A program made the translations under genes and the position numbers. This document shows positions 52,115 to 62,318 of a stretch of DNA of 64,000 nucleotides, piece after piece. The notes under the pieces are model-generated. The model saw only the letters and a program-made list of their open reading frames with translations, did no database searches and was not told the origin of the DNA. This DNA comes from an uncultured Gammaproteobacteria bacterium (GTDB lineage Bacteria > Pseudomonadota > Gammaproteobacteria > UBA6002). The stretch spans positions 70,860-134,859 of the forward strand of contig CAVPKM010000018.1 in NCBI GenBank assembly GCA_963705725.1, written 5' to 3'. Position 1 is the stretch's first letter. The number at the start of each line of letters is the position of its first letter.

Positions 52115-54374
52115 CCACGCTAACCTTATCTGAATTTGGTGATAAAGTCATGGTAATCGCACCACCTGTAATGGTATTAAAAATTTTACTATGCCACCGA
52201 CTATAGCGATTGATAATTTCTGGACGTGGATGATGATACCGATTTAAATAGCCCGCTGAAAAAATCGCATACTCAGGCATAACACTGGCTAAAAACCGCG
52301 GGCTTGATGAAGTTTTACTACCGTGATGCGGTACCACTAAAATTGTGGCGGGGAGTATAGAAGCATGGCGTTCAACGAGAATATTTTCTGCTTCTTGCTC
52401 AATATCCCCTGTCAATAAAATGCCTTGTTTACCATTTGCAATTTTCAGCACGCAAGATGCATTATTTCCACTCAGCCGCAAATTAGCGGGCGGTGATATG
52501 AAAATAAAATTGACGCCATCCCAATTCCAAGTTGTATTTTCTTTACAAAACATCGCTGCCCTATTTTTAAAACGTGCAGGAACACTAGTATATATTTTGG
52601 TGATTGGCACTTTTTCCAGCAGTGATTCCGCTCCACCAATATGGTCATTATCACCATGGCTTACTGTTAAAATATCAATTTTTTTAATTCTCATACGCTC
52701 AAGGTAAGGCAAAATAACTGCCTTACCCATATCGTAGTCATCAGACATTTTCGCCCCTGTATCAAAAATTAAAACGTGATTTTTGGTTCTAATTAATGTT
52801 GCTAAACCCTGACCGACATCAAACACAACAAGTTGAACTTGTTTGTCAACCAATAAGGTTTGAGAGGGCCAAAGGCTAGGTAACCACCAGGCAAGCGTTA
52901 GGACTCTAGAAAATAATCCGGTAGGTAATAAAGTTAGATAGGTCGCTAAGTGGGTAAAGACCGCAGTCATACTTTTTTCAAAAGTGCCCTGGAAAATTAA
53001 TTGATGATAAGTCGATATTTTTTGCAAAACAACCCACATCAATGAAAGCAAGTAAAAACCGATTTCAATTAGCCATTTTCCTAGTTTTTCGAAGAGAAGG
53101 AAAATAATGACACCGACCAAGAAGCAAGGTATTACTAAAAAACTAAACCAAGGGATAGCAATAATATTGGCTGGGATCGATAGCAATGTCATGTTGGCAA
53201 ACACCAGGTATAAGGTTGGCATCATACCTAAGCTCACCACCCATTGTGGCTTACCCCATTTTATCCAAAGACCTGAATGCGCAATTCGATTATTGAGGCC
53301 ATAAATTAATAACCCAACAGCGATAAATGATAGCCAGAAACTCATGCTTAAATATGCCAAGGGCTCAAAAAGTAAAATTACACCCAATGAAAAACAAACT
53401 GCGGATGTTGAAGTGCTTCTGCGTTTACTGCTTGTTGCTAACACCAAGAAACTGATCATAAGCAATGCTCTTTGGGTAGAAGCTGAAAAACCAGCCAACA
53501 AGCTATAGATTGTTGCGCTTATAATACCGGCAAAAGCACTGATGTAAGGAATGGGTATCACCAGTGGGCCAAAGGGAATTCTTCCCCAAATCCATGCTGC
53601 TAATTTTGCAAAACAAGAGGCGGCTAAACCAATATGCAAACCTGAAATCGCGACAAGATGATTGGTACCTGTTGCGCGAAATACTTGCCATTGTTGAGCG
53701 GAAATTTGATGAGTGATACCCAGTGTCAGTGCGAGTAAAATTCCATATAACTCATGTTGTTTGAAAGTTCTTTCTAAACGTTCAAATATAAACTGTCTCA
53801 CTCGTTCAAGTGGTACATGCCCATTGACCAAATTTAACTGATGATTTTGTTTAGAGGTGAGAATATTCGCTTTAGCAAGTATACCCTGATAAAAATATTG
53901 CTTTTCCTGGTCAACACAACCTGGATTTCGCAAGCTATGAATACCTCTTAATTTTGCTTCAAAGCGCCAGGCTTGTCCCACTTTTAATGGATGAGGACAT
54001 CGATAATAACTCGCTTGCAAAGAAGTACTCACTTTTTTTCCAGATAGTGTTGTCATTCGAAATTTAAATGTAGTCAGTTGCCTTTGCGTTGTTGGTATAG
54101 AAATAATATATCCTTCAATCAAAATGGGCCTGTCTTCCATCGCTTTTGGCAAAGATCCGTTAAGAATTAACTTTGCATGAACTAGCGCATAAATAAAGCC
54201 GAATAAAGGGATGGCCAAATATTTTAGCTTCTTGTTTTTTTTTTGAATTAAAAGTATTAAGCCAATGAGAACTACTACGATGAAATAAATCGTACTGGGC
54301 ATCTTTTTAAGAAGCGCGCTTGCAAGTGTTCCTAAAAAAAACAGAATGACAACAATCGGCATTAGAACAATCAA
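52062..54374 (-). CDS. comEC: DNA uptake channel ComEC/Rec2
   Basis: HLVAISGLH, FDVGQG, SHGDNDH, PHHGSKTSS, NRYHHP. Confidence 0.96.
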   Translation of the reverse strand: MIVLMPIVVILFFLGTLASALLKKMPSTIYFIVVVLIGLILLIQKKNKKLKYLAIPLFGFIYALVHAKLILNGSLPKAMEDRPILIEGYIISIPTTQRQLTTFKFRMTTLSGKKVSTSLQASYYRCPHPLKVGQAWRFEAKLRGIHSLRNPGCVDQEKQYFYQGILAKANILTSKQNHQLNLVNGHVPLERVRQFIFERLERTFKQHELYGILLALTLGITHQISAQQWQVFRATGTNHLVAISGLHIGLAASCFAKLAAWIWGRIPFGPLVIPIPYISAFAGIISATIYSLLAGFSASTQRALLMISFLVLATSSKRRSTSTSAVCFSLGVILLFEPLAYLSMSFWLSFIAVGLLIYGLNNRIAHSGLWIKWGKPQWVVSLGMMPTLYLVFANMTLLSIPANIIAIPWFSFLVIPCFLVGVIIFLLFEKLGKWLIEIGFYLLSLMWVVLQKISTYHQLIFQGTFEKSMTAVFTHLATYLTLLPTGLFSRVLTLAWWLPSLWPSQTLLVDKQVQLVVFDVGQGLATLIRTKNHVLIFDTGAKMSDDYDMGKAVILPYLERMRIKKIDILTVSHGDNDHIGGAESLLEKVPITKIYTSVPARFKNRAAMFCKENTTWNWDGVNFIFISPPANLRLSGNNASCVLKIANGKQGILLTGDIEQEAENILVERHASILPATILVVPHHGSKTSSSPRFLASVMPEYAIFSAGYLNRYHHPRPEIINRYSRWHSKIFNTITGGAITMTLSPNSDKVSVDEYRKSHQRIWHDKKRE

Positions 54375-54622
54375 TTTAGAATTGAAAAGATAAAACGATT
54401 AAGCCATTTATATTCAAATGCAGCAATACAGGAAATTATCGTAACTATTCAGCCCAGGTTGAAACGTCCATATTTTGCCATCTTCGAACAAAAAATTTAA
54501 TTAAAACTGCTCACAGACTTTTGTATGCTCCGCTTTTTAATTAAATTTTTTGTCCGAATCTAGCGAAAATCTGAACGTTTAGCGACTTCAAGCATTTGTG
54601 CTGAACAGTTACAAATTATCAG

Positions 54623-55306
54623 TTACGCTAGCGATCCATTTTCTAGCGTTAGACAGCGCCCACCCATTCTTTCTGCGAAAGACAAGTCATGAGTTACCAC
54701 CACAAAGCTGGTTTGCAATGTTTCATTTAATTGCACCATTAATTCGAAGATTTGCATTGCAGTTTTTTTATCGAGATTTCCGGTTGGCTCATCAGCCAAA
54801 ACACAGACTGGATTTGTCACTAATGCCCGCCCAATTGCCACACGCTGTCTTTCTCCACCAGATAGCTCTCCCAGCCGATGTAATTTTCTTTGACTTAGTC
54901 CAACTTTATCTAACATGACACCGGCTTTTTCCCTGGCTTCATTAAAGGAAAGTCCTCTAATTAAGAGTGGCATAGCAACATTTTCCAGCGCATTAAATTC
55001 TGCAAGGAGATGATGAAATTGATAAATAAAACCGAGATATTGGTTTCGGGTCACACCCTTTTTACGTGTTGAAAGCTGATTGAGGTTAATCCCTGATACC
55101 AATACTTCTCCACTTGTTGGTGCTTCCAATCCACCCAGGATGTGAAGAAAAGTACTTTTTCCTGCACCTGAAACACCCAAAATAGCAAGCATTTCTCCAG
55201 CACAAATTGACAAGTTAATATTTTTTAGCACACTGACTTTTAGTAGGCCATCACAAAAATTTTTCGAGATGGCCCGGCACTCTAAAACTGATGGGTGATT
55301 ATTCAT
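54623..55306 (-). CDS. lolD: Lipoprotein-releasing ABC ATPase LolD
   Basis: [28 protein letters not shown]; start MNNHPS at 55306. Confidence 0.95.
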   Translation of the reverse strand: MNNHPSVLECRAISKNFCDGLLKVSVLKNINLSICAGEMLAILGVSGAGKSTFLHILGGLEAPTSGEVLVSGINLNQLSTRKKGVTRNQYLGFIYQFHHLLAEFNALENVAMPLLIRGLSFNEAREKAGVMLDKVGLSQRKLHRLGELSGGERQRVAIGRALVTNPVCVLADEPTGNLDKKTAMQIFELMVQLNETLQTSFVVVTHDLSFAERMGGRCLTLENGSLA

Positions 55307-56594
55307 AACGCAAAGCTTCTGCAGGTTCTGTTCTAGCAGCTTGCCAAGCTGGATAGAGCGTAGCAATTAAACTCAAAAGCAAGGATACTAAGGAGATTTT
55401 TATCACATCCCGCATTTGCAAGCGAGAAGGTAAATAATCAATAAAATAAACAGAAGATGAAATAAACTGTGTATGTAGCATATTTTCAATTCCATGGACA
55501 ATATAAGGAGCGTTAATAGCGAGCACTACGCCACTTACTACGCCAAACAAGGTTCCAATAAAACCAATCAAGCTACCCTGTACCATAAATATGGCCATAA
55601 TTGTTCTCGGACTGGCACCCAATGTTCGGAGAATGGCAATTTCTGAGCGCTTATCTGTCACTGCCATCACAAGTGTTGAAACTAAATTGAAGGCCGCAAT
55701 GGCAATTAGCAAGACAAGGATCACAAACATGATCATTTTTTCCATTTGGATAGCCTTAAAGTAGGTCCCATAATCTTGAGTCCAGTCGCCAATCGAATAA
55801 TCAGGCAACATACCTTGTAATTGTTGGGTTACCTTGGGAGCCACATACAAGTCATCCACCTTGACTCGCAGGCCCGATACATTTTTTTGTAATTTAAACA
55901 ACTTTTGCGCATCATGCATTTCGATAAAGGCAACGCTATCATCAAGATGGAATCCGCCTTCAACATGAAACACGCCAGACAATGTAAAGCGTTTATATTG
56001 AGGTATCACACCCATTGGAGAGATATTCACATCAGTTGTCAAAACGGTCAGCTTATCTCCAATTGCTAACCCTAGGTTCTCAGCCATTGACTCGCCCAGA
56101 ATAATGTTGAATTGTCCCGATTTTAAATCATTAAAACTACCCTTTAGCATTTTCCTTGGCATTTGCGAAACTTTAGTTTCTTCATTCGGAAGCACACCTG
56201 TGATAATAATGGGTCTTGCTATACCTTCATTAGCCAGCATAGCTTGACCATTGACAAAGGGCGCGATGGCAACGATATTTTTTTGGCTGGTCATATCTGT
56301 TCTTAGCGCTTGCCAATTTGCAACCTGACCTGTCAAATTACTGACGGTGACTTGCTGGGCCATATTAAATATTTTTTCACTGATTTCATGGTCAAAGCCA
56401 TTCATTACAGATAACACGGTAATTAACACCATCACACCCAGTGCAATGCCAAAAATCGAAATTAAAGAAATAAAGGAAATAAACTGATTGCGTCGTTTAG
56501 CTCGCATATAACGCAAACCAATATAAAGGGGCAGTAAACTTCTTTTGAAACCCTTTTCTTTTACATGATTATTTCGTTGCATTGTTTTCTCCAC
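55299..56594 (-). CDS. lolE: Lipoprotein-releasing permease LolC/E
   Basis: [33 protein letters not shown]. Confidence 0.93.
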   Translation of the reverse strand: MEKTMQRNNHVKEKGFKRSLLPLYIGLRYMRAKRRNQFISFISLISIFGIALGVMVLITVLSVMNGFDHEISEKIFNMAQQVTVSNLTGQVANWQALRTDMTSQKNIVAIAPFVNGQAMLANEGIARPIIITGVLPNEETKVSQMPRKMLKGSFNDLKSGQFNIILGESMAENLGLAIGDKLTVLTTDVNISPMGVIPQYKRFTLSGVFHVEGGFHLDDSVAFIEMHDAQKLFKLQKNVSGLRVKVDDLYVAPKVTQQLQGMLPDYSIGDWTQDYGTYFKAIQMEKMIMFVILVLLIAIAAFNLVSTLVMAVTDKRSEIAILRTLGASPRTIMAIFMVQGSLIGFIGTLFGVVSGVVLAINAPYIVHGIENMLHTQFISSSVYFIDYLPSRLQMRDVIKISLVSLLLSLIATLYPAWQAARTEPAEALRYE

Positions 56595-56647
56595 TGCTCG
56601 AAACTCATGTAAAATATTCGGTTTCGAAAGTCTGATAACTCAAAAAT

Positions 56648-56736
56648 TGGTGCCCGGGGCCGGACTCGAACCGGCACGGGAGTTAAGTCCCGAGGGATTT
56701 TAAGTCCCTTGCGTCTACCTATTTCGCCACCCGGGC
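56648..56736 (-). tRNA. tRNA-Leu(TAA)
   Basis: AGGGA CT TAA AA TCCCT; long variable arm; CCA. Confidence 0.96.
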
Positions 56737-56813
56737 CAAAAGCTATCAAAACTATACGCGTAACTATTCAGCCACAGAAAGGCACGAGTCGTTACGGAAT
56801 TAAATTGAAATGA

Positions 56814-56884
56814 AGGCTGGGGTCGGAATCGAACCGGCGTCCACGGCTTTGCAGGCCGCTGCATGACCACTCTGCCACCCAGCC
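56814..56884 (-). tRNA. tRNA-Cys(GCA), CCA not encoded (TCA)
   Basis: GCGGC CT GCA AA GCCGT anticodon arm. Confidence 0.95.
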
Positions 56885-56958
56885 TTAAATTAAAAAGAAG
56901 ACAATGATGGGAGATGAAAAAACACATCATCCACCATCCATCATCCATCATCAATCTT

Positions 56959-57031
<73 letters not shown>

Positions 57032-57044
57032 AACGATGCATGAA

Positions 57045-57608
57045 TTATTCCTGTTCAGTAGATAAAGTCAAGTCTGGCCAAGCGATTTTTAAATACATGA
57101 TCATCGACCATAAAGTTAATGCGGCGGCGAGTATAATAATACTACAGCCCACGCTCTCTAATACCAAACAATAACCTGGTTTATAAAGCAATAACAGCAT
57201 TAACGCAATTAATTGAGCAAGCGGTTTTGACTTTGCCACCAATGTAACAGCAAGACTAGTTCGTTTTCCTAATTCTGCCATCCACTCTCGAAGCGCTGAA
57301 ACGACAATTTCTCTTCCAACAATAATTGCTGCAGGGAGTGCTAAAAAAGGAAGTTGTAATTCGCCTACTACTAGCACTAGGACAATAGCAACCATTAACT
57401 TATCAGCAACAGGATCGAGAAAAGCGCCAAATTTTGTCATTTGCTTTAGGTTTCGAGCAAGATAGCCATCCAGCCAATCTGTGAGAGCAGCAAATAAAAA
57501 GACGATACTTGCCAGTAAATGCGCAGAATGTAGCGGCAAATAATAGAAAATTACAACAATGGGAACAAGCAGCAAACGCAACAAGGTAAGAAGGTTTGGG
57601 ACATTCAT
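57045..57608 (-). CDS. pgsA: Phosphatidylglycerophosphate synthase
   Basis: NLLTLLR, TDWLDGYLAR...FGAFLDPVADK. Confidence 0.97.
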   Translation of the reverse strand: MNVPNLLTLLRLLLVPIVVIFYYLPLHSAHLLASIVFLFAALTDWLDGYLARNLKQMTKFGAFLDPVADKLMVAIVLVLVVGELQLPFLALPAAIIVGREIVVSALREWMAELGKRTSLAVTLVAKSKPLAQLIALMLLLLYKPGYCLVLESVGCSIIILAAALTLWSMIMYLKIAWPDLTLSTEQE

Positions 57609-57677
57609 TAAATGGTGCTCTTCAAGTAAGTGCTGAAAATAATATTTTATAAAAAAAGTTTCGCGCGAACAAGCAAC

Positions 57678-59499
57678 TTAAGCATGCAAATTGTCAAATA
57701 TTTTTTGGGCTAAGCTAAGACTAATTCCTTGAACTTTAGCAATATCTTCCACACTTGCGCGTTTTAATTCTTGTAAGCCACCAAATTGATTCAACAATTG
57801 TTTTTTACGTTTTGCTCCAATTCCAGGTATCTCTTCTAAAATGGATTTATTTCTAATTTTTTTCCGCTTGGCACGATGGGCATTGATCGCAAAACGATGC
57901 GCTTCATCTCTGACCTGTTGGATGGCATGTAACGCCATTGAGTCTGATTGCAGGTGCAATGGCTTATCCTGTCCTGCAATAAATAAGGTTTCTAATCCTG
58001 GTTTACGTCCTTCGCCTTTAGCAATCGCAACTAAAAGCACACCGCTCACTTGGAGTTCTTCTAAAACCTTTTCCGCTTGCCTAAGCTGCCCTTTTCCTCC
58101 ATCAATAAAAAGTATGTCAGGCAGTTCTGCTCCCCCTGTCTTGATACGCGTGTAACGCTTAAATAGCGCTTGATACATCGCGCTATAATCATCTCCTGGC
58201 GTGATATTTTGAATGTTATAATGACGATAATCTTTTTTTATCGGCCCTTCCTGACCAAAAACTACACAAGAGGCAACCGTTGCCTCTCCCATGGTATGAC
58301 TCACATCAAAACATTCCAAACGCGAAGGAATATTGGCCAGATTAAATGTTTGCTGCAAAGATTCAAGACGGCGATAAATATTTGCCTTGCCAGCTAAATG
58401 CGCTTGCAAATTGTGCAAAGCATTGGCAGATGCCATCTTTATCCACTGCCTATTCTTACCTTTATATTGATCGCTGAAACGAATTTTTTTTGTTAATTTT
58501 TCAGATAAAGCATCTTGTATCCACTGACGATCAGTCAATAAAATATTGAGTAAGACACGATCGGGAATCGATTCTCCTCGGATAGGATTTAAATAATATT
58601 GGGGTAAAAAAGCAGACAACACTTCTTCCTCAGAATTTAACTTCGCCGTCGCGGGAAAATAAGATTTCGTGCCAATTAGCCTTCCTGAGCGAATGGTTAG
58701 CACATGAATGCAAGCTTCTCCCATCTGACTAGAAATGGCAACGACATCGATATTCCCTTCAGAATTCATCATATACTGTTTTTCTTGTATTCGACGCAAA
58801 TTGACTATTTGATCTCTAAAACGCGCTGCATTTTCATATTCTAAAATTTCAGCCGCCGCCTCCATCTTGCCAACAAGCTCATTGATTACCAGTTTATTCT
58901 TGCCTTCTAGAAATAAAATTGCGTAATTGACGTGTATCGAATAGGACTTAGCATCAATATAACCCACACAGGGAGCGGTACAACGTTTGATATGATACTG
59001 CAAAGCAGGGGCGGCTTCGATTAGCAAAAAAACTGTCCGAACATTGCCTAATTTTGAATACTTTCTGCAACATGGTAAGGGTTTCACGAACTGCACGGCA
59101 CTGGGATAGGGGCCAAAATATCGACCTGGCGCTTTTCTTGGGCCACGGTGAAAATCAATTCGAGGAAAGACATCTTGAATTGAAAGATAAAGAAAAAGGG
59201 TAAGATTTATCGTCTCGTAATAAAACGTTATAGCGGGGCTTAAATTCTTTAATTAAGTTACTTTCTAGTAATAACGCTTCGTTTTCACTTCGAGTCAAGG
59301 TCAATGCAACTTTTGAAACTTGCTCTAGTAGCGTTTTAGTTTTTGTGTCTGTAATTGTTCGAGCAAAGTAACTAGCCAGTCTTTTTTTTAAATTACGCGC
59401 TTTACCCACATACAAGACATTTTCAGCATGATCAAACATTTGGTATACACCAGGTAAATTCGGTGCGTTGTTCAATAATGTTTTAGAATCAAATGCCAT
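57678..59499 (-). pseudogene. uvrC: Excinuclease UvrC with three indels in the N-terminal region
   Basis: GIY-YIG start (PGVY...LYVGKA) and HhH end are intact. RIDFHRG...YFGPYPSA, AVRETL...IRQCSDSFFANRSRPC and LQYHIKRC are read in alternating frames. Confidence 0.88.
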
Positions 59500-59516
59500 T
59501 TGTAGAAAGTTCGTCT

Positions 59517-60182
59517 CTATTTATCGGAAGTCGCGCTTGGCGAATCAACTAAACCATAACGAATCGCAAGTAAAGTCAACTCCACATCGTTTTTGATACC
59601 AAGCTTTTCAAAAATACGATATCGATAACTGTTCACTGTTTTAGGACTAAGATTAAGTTTTTCAGAAATTTCTTGTGGTTTATGACCATTGGTAATCATG
59701 ATCATGACTTGCAGCTCTCTTTCAGACAATGCGCTAAAAGGTGACTCTTCTTTATCAGTAATATGTTTGAAAGCTAATTGCTGAGCGATTGCTGGGCTGA
59801 TATATCTTTGGCCAGAATGGACTGCTCGTATAGCCTTAATCATTTCATCCATACTACAATCCTTGGTTAAATAACCCGCGGCGCCCGCTTGTAATAATTT
59901 TGAAGCAAATAAATCGTCATCACAGACTGTGATAACCAAAATTTTTATATCAGGGTCAATACGCAGGAGCTTCCTTGTGGCTTCCAGCCCTCCGATACCT
60001 GGCATTTTGACATCCATCAATACCACATCAAGTCGGTTTTCGCGTGCTATTTTAACTGCTTCTTCACCGCTATTTGCCTCTCCAATAACCTTAATGCCTT
60101 GAATGTCATTGAGCATTCGTTTAATGCCAGTGCGCACTAAATCATGATCATCAACTACTAACAGTCTAATTAATCTAATCAT
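59517..60182 (-). CDS. uvrY: UvrY/GacA (LetA-like) response regulator
   Basis: VDDH, DVKMPGIGG, LSERELQV...LSPKTVNSYRYRIFEKL; upstream of uvrC. Confidence 0.95.
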   Translation of the reverse strand: MIRLIRLLVVDDHDLVRTGIKRMLNDIQGIKVIGEANSGEEAVKIARENRLDVVLMDVKMPGIGGLEATRKLLRIDPDIKILVITVCDDDLFASKLLQAGAAGYLTKDCSMDEMIKAIRAVHSGQRYISPAIAQQLAFKHITDKEESPFSALSERELQVMIMITNGHKPQEISEKLNLSPKTVNSYRYRIFEKLGIKNDVELTLLAIRYGLVDSPSATSDK

Positions 60183-60348
60183 GCATTCTCCAGAATAAAA
60201 CTCACAGACATCCTGTTCTATGGTGATGCCTAAAGCGCCGTACCCATCCAGCATATACAGGATTAAATATTACGCTTAGCACATGAGAACTTTGCAAATC
60301 GTTGATGTATACCCTTATCCATTCACGAAAAAGGGTACGTAAAGAAAT

Positions 60349-60437
60349 TGGCGGAGAGGCAGGGATTCGAACCCTGGGAGGGGTCGCCCCTCAACGGTTT
60401 TCAAGACCGCCGCTTTCGACCGCTCAGCCACCTCTCC
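60349..60437 (-). tRNA. tRNA-Ser(TGA)
   Basis: GCGGT CT TGA AA ACCGT; long variable arm; CCA. Confidence 0.96.
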
Positions 60438-60586
60438 GAATATACCCTTTCATAAAGGGTTTCTTGCAATAGTATATCTAAGATGATCAAATATTAGAAA
60501 GGATTATCATTGTCTGTTAACATAACAAAGATATCCATGGTAGAATTGTTACAATAATCATCTATAGACCAGGCAGAGGAGTTTAT

Positions 60587-61258
60587 ATGCCATTACAAAA
60601 TTATTCCATACTTAATTCAAAAGAATCTATTTTTGCATCCAATGTTGTTTTGCGCAAAACCTATCTATTATTAAGCATGACCTTACTGTTTAGCGCATTG
60701 ACTGCTGCTTTCTCCGTTGCCATCCATGCCAGACCAGGTTTTTTAATCACCCTTGCCGGCATGTTTGGACTATCATTTTTAGCTCAAAAACTTCGACATA
60801 GCAAATGGGCGCTCTTTGCTGTTTTCGCCTTTACCGGATTCATGGGTTTTACCCTGGGCCCCATTCTCGATATGGTACTGCGAGTTTTTAGCAATGGCGG
60901 TCAGATCATCATGACTTCATTGGGCGCAACTGGATTAATTTTTCTTAGCTTGTCTGGCTATGCGCTCACCACAAGAAAAAACTTTAGTTATTTAGGCGGT
61001 TTTTTATTCATCGCCACCATGGTAGTTTTTTTGGCAGCGATTGCTGGTATTTTTATTAAGTTGCCAATCTTCAATATTCTGATTTCCGGTGCATTCGCCC
61101 TGATTTCCTCTGCTTATATCCTGTTTACTACAAGTGAATTGATTAGCGGTGGTGAAACAGATTATATCATGGCAACCATTTCCCTTTACGTTTCAATCTT
61201 CAATCTTTTTGTCAGTCTTATTCAAATTCTCAGCGCTTTTTCTGGCAATCGCGATTAA
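60587..61258 (+). CDS. yccA: Bax inhibitor-1/YccA family membrane protein
   Basis: VLRKTYLLLS, GGETDYIMATISLYVSIFNLF. Confidence 0.93.
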   Translation: MPLQNYSILNSKESIFASNVVLRKTYLLLSMTLLFSALTAAFSVAIHARPGFLITLAGMFGLSFLAQKLRHSKWALFAVFAFTGFMGFTLGPILDMVLRVFSNGGQIIMTSLGATGLIFLSLSGYALTTRKNFSYLGGFLFIATMVVFLAAIAGIFIKLPIFNILISGAFALISSAYILFTTSELISGGETDYIMATISLYVSIFNLFVSLIQILSAFSGNRD

Positions 61259-61270
61259 GTCTTCTACAAT

Positions 61271-61302
61271 AAAAAAACTCAGTTTTAACTGAGTTTTTTT
61301 TT
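61271..61302. terminator. Bidirectional-type intrinsic terminator
   Basis: A7-CTCAGTT-TT-AACTGAG-T9. Confidence 0.8.
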
Positions 61303-61324
61303 GTCGTTTTTTTAACAAGGTTAA

Positions 61325-62287
61325 ATGGAGTTAACTATGTTGAAAAAGATTTTATCGTTAATTATCATTCTATTCTCATGTGACAGCTTCGCTGCACATT
61401 ACACTATGCCAGCACCTGGCAATGATCTCATCGGTCAATTGATCAAGGTTCAAGCAGAATCTGGTCAAAGCTTAACTGATATTGGTAATAAATATGGTAT
61501 TGGCTACCACGAAATGGTTGAAGCTAATCATCATATTACCAACCCAGATGAACTTTACGATGGTGAAGAAGTCATTGTGCCAACTCAATTTGTTTTACCT
61601 AAATACCGAAAAGGCATCGTCATTAATTTGCCAGAATGCCGCCTTTATTATTTTACCCCCGATGGCAGATCAGTACTAACTTATCCTGTTGGTTTAGGGA
61701 GAAAGGGATGGCGCACTCCTACTACTTCTACTACCGTCATTAGAAAAGCCGAAAATCCCACATGGACAGCTCCTTCGAGCATTAAAGCCTATGTTTATGA
61801 ACAAACAGGAAAATGGCTACCCGATAGCATTCAACCAGGACCTGAAAATCCTCTCGGACCCTATGCAATGTATCTTGGAACGCATGGCTACCTGATTCAT
61901 GGAACCAACCAACCCTGGTCAATCGGTAAACTGATTAGCGCGGGTTGTATTCGTCTATACAATGAAGACGTTCAAGAGTTATATCGCCATGTTAGGACCG
62001 GTACACCGGTTAGAGTCATCCATCAGCCCTATAAAGCGGGCTATCAAGACGGAAAACTTTACTTAGAAGCACATATTCCATTACAACTCACCGAACCCCC
62101 GAGTGAGCTCAATCTGTTATCTGTTGAAAAATCTGTGCTCCTGGCTTATCGAAGACCCGCGAACATCAATTGGCAAGCCATCAGGCGCATTGTTGAACAG
62201 CAGGACGGCATGCCAGAACTTGTAGGCTGCCTTGATTTTCCAGAACGCCGTGAAGCATACTCTGACGATGCAAATGAACCTTGGTAG
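61325..62287 (+). CDS. L,D-transpeptidase (ErfK/YbiS/YcfS/YnhG family)
   Basis: Signal peptide, GPENPLGPYA, IHGTNQP...SAGCIRL. Confidence 0.95.
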   Translation: MELTMLKKILSLIIILFSCDSFAAHYTMPAPGNDLIGQLIKVQAESGQSLTDIGNKYGIGYHEMVEANHHITNPDELYDGEEVIVPTQFVLPKYRKGIVINLPECRLYYFTPDGRSVLTYPVGLGRKGWRTPTTSTTVIRKAENPTWTAPSSIKAYVYEQTGKWLPDSIQPGPENPLGPYAMYLGTHGYLIHGTNQPWSIGKLISAGCIRLYNEDVQELYRHVRTGTPVRVIHQPYKAGYQDGKLYLEAHIPLQLTEPPSELNLLSVEKSVLLAYRRPANINWQAIRRIVEQQDGMPELVGCLDFPERREAYSDDANEPW

Positions 62288-62318
62288 CGAGGAACTACCC
62301 TATGTAAGCGCTTATTCG

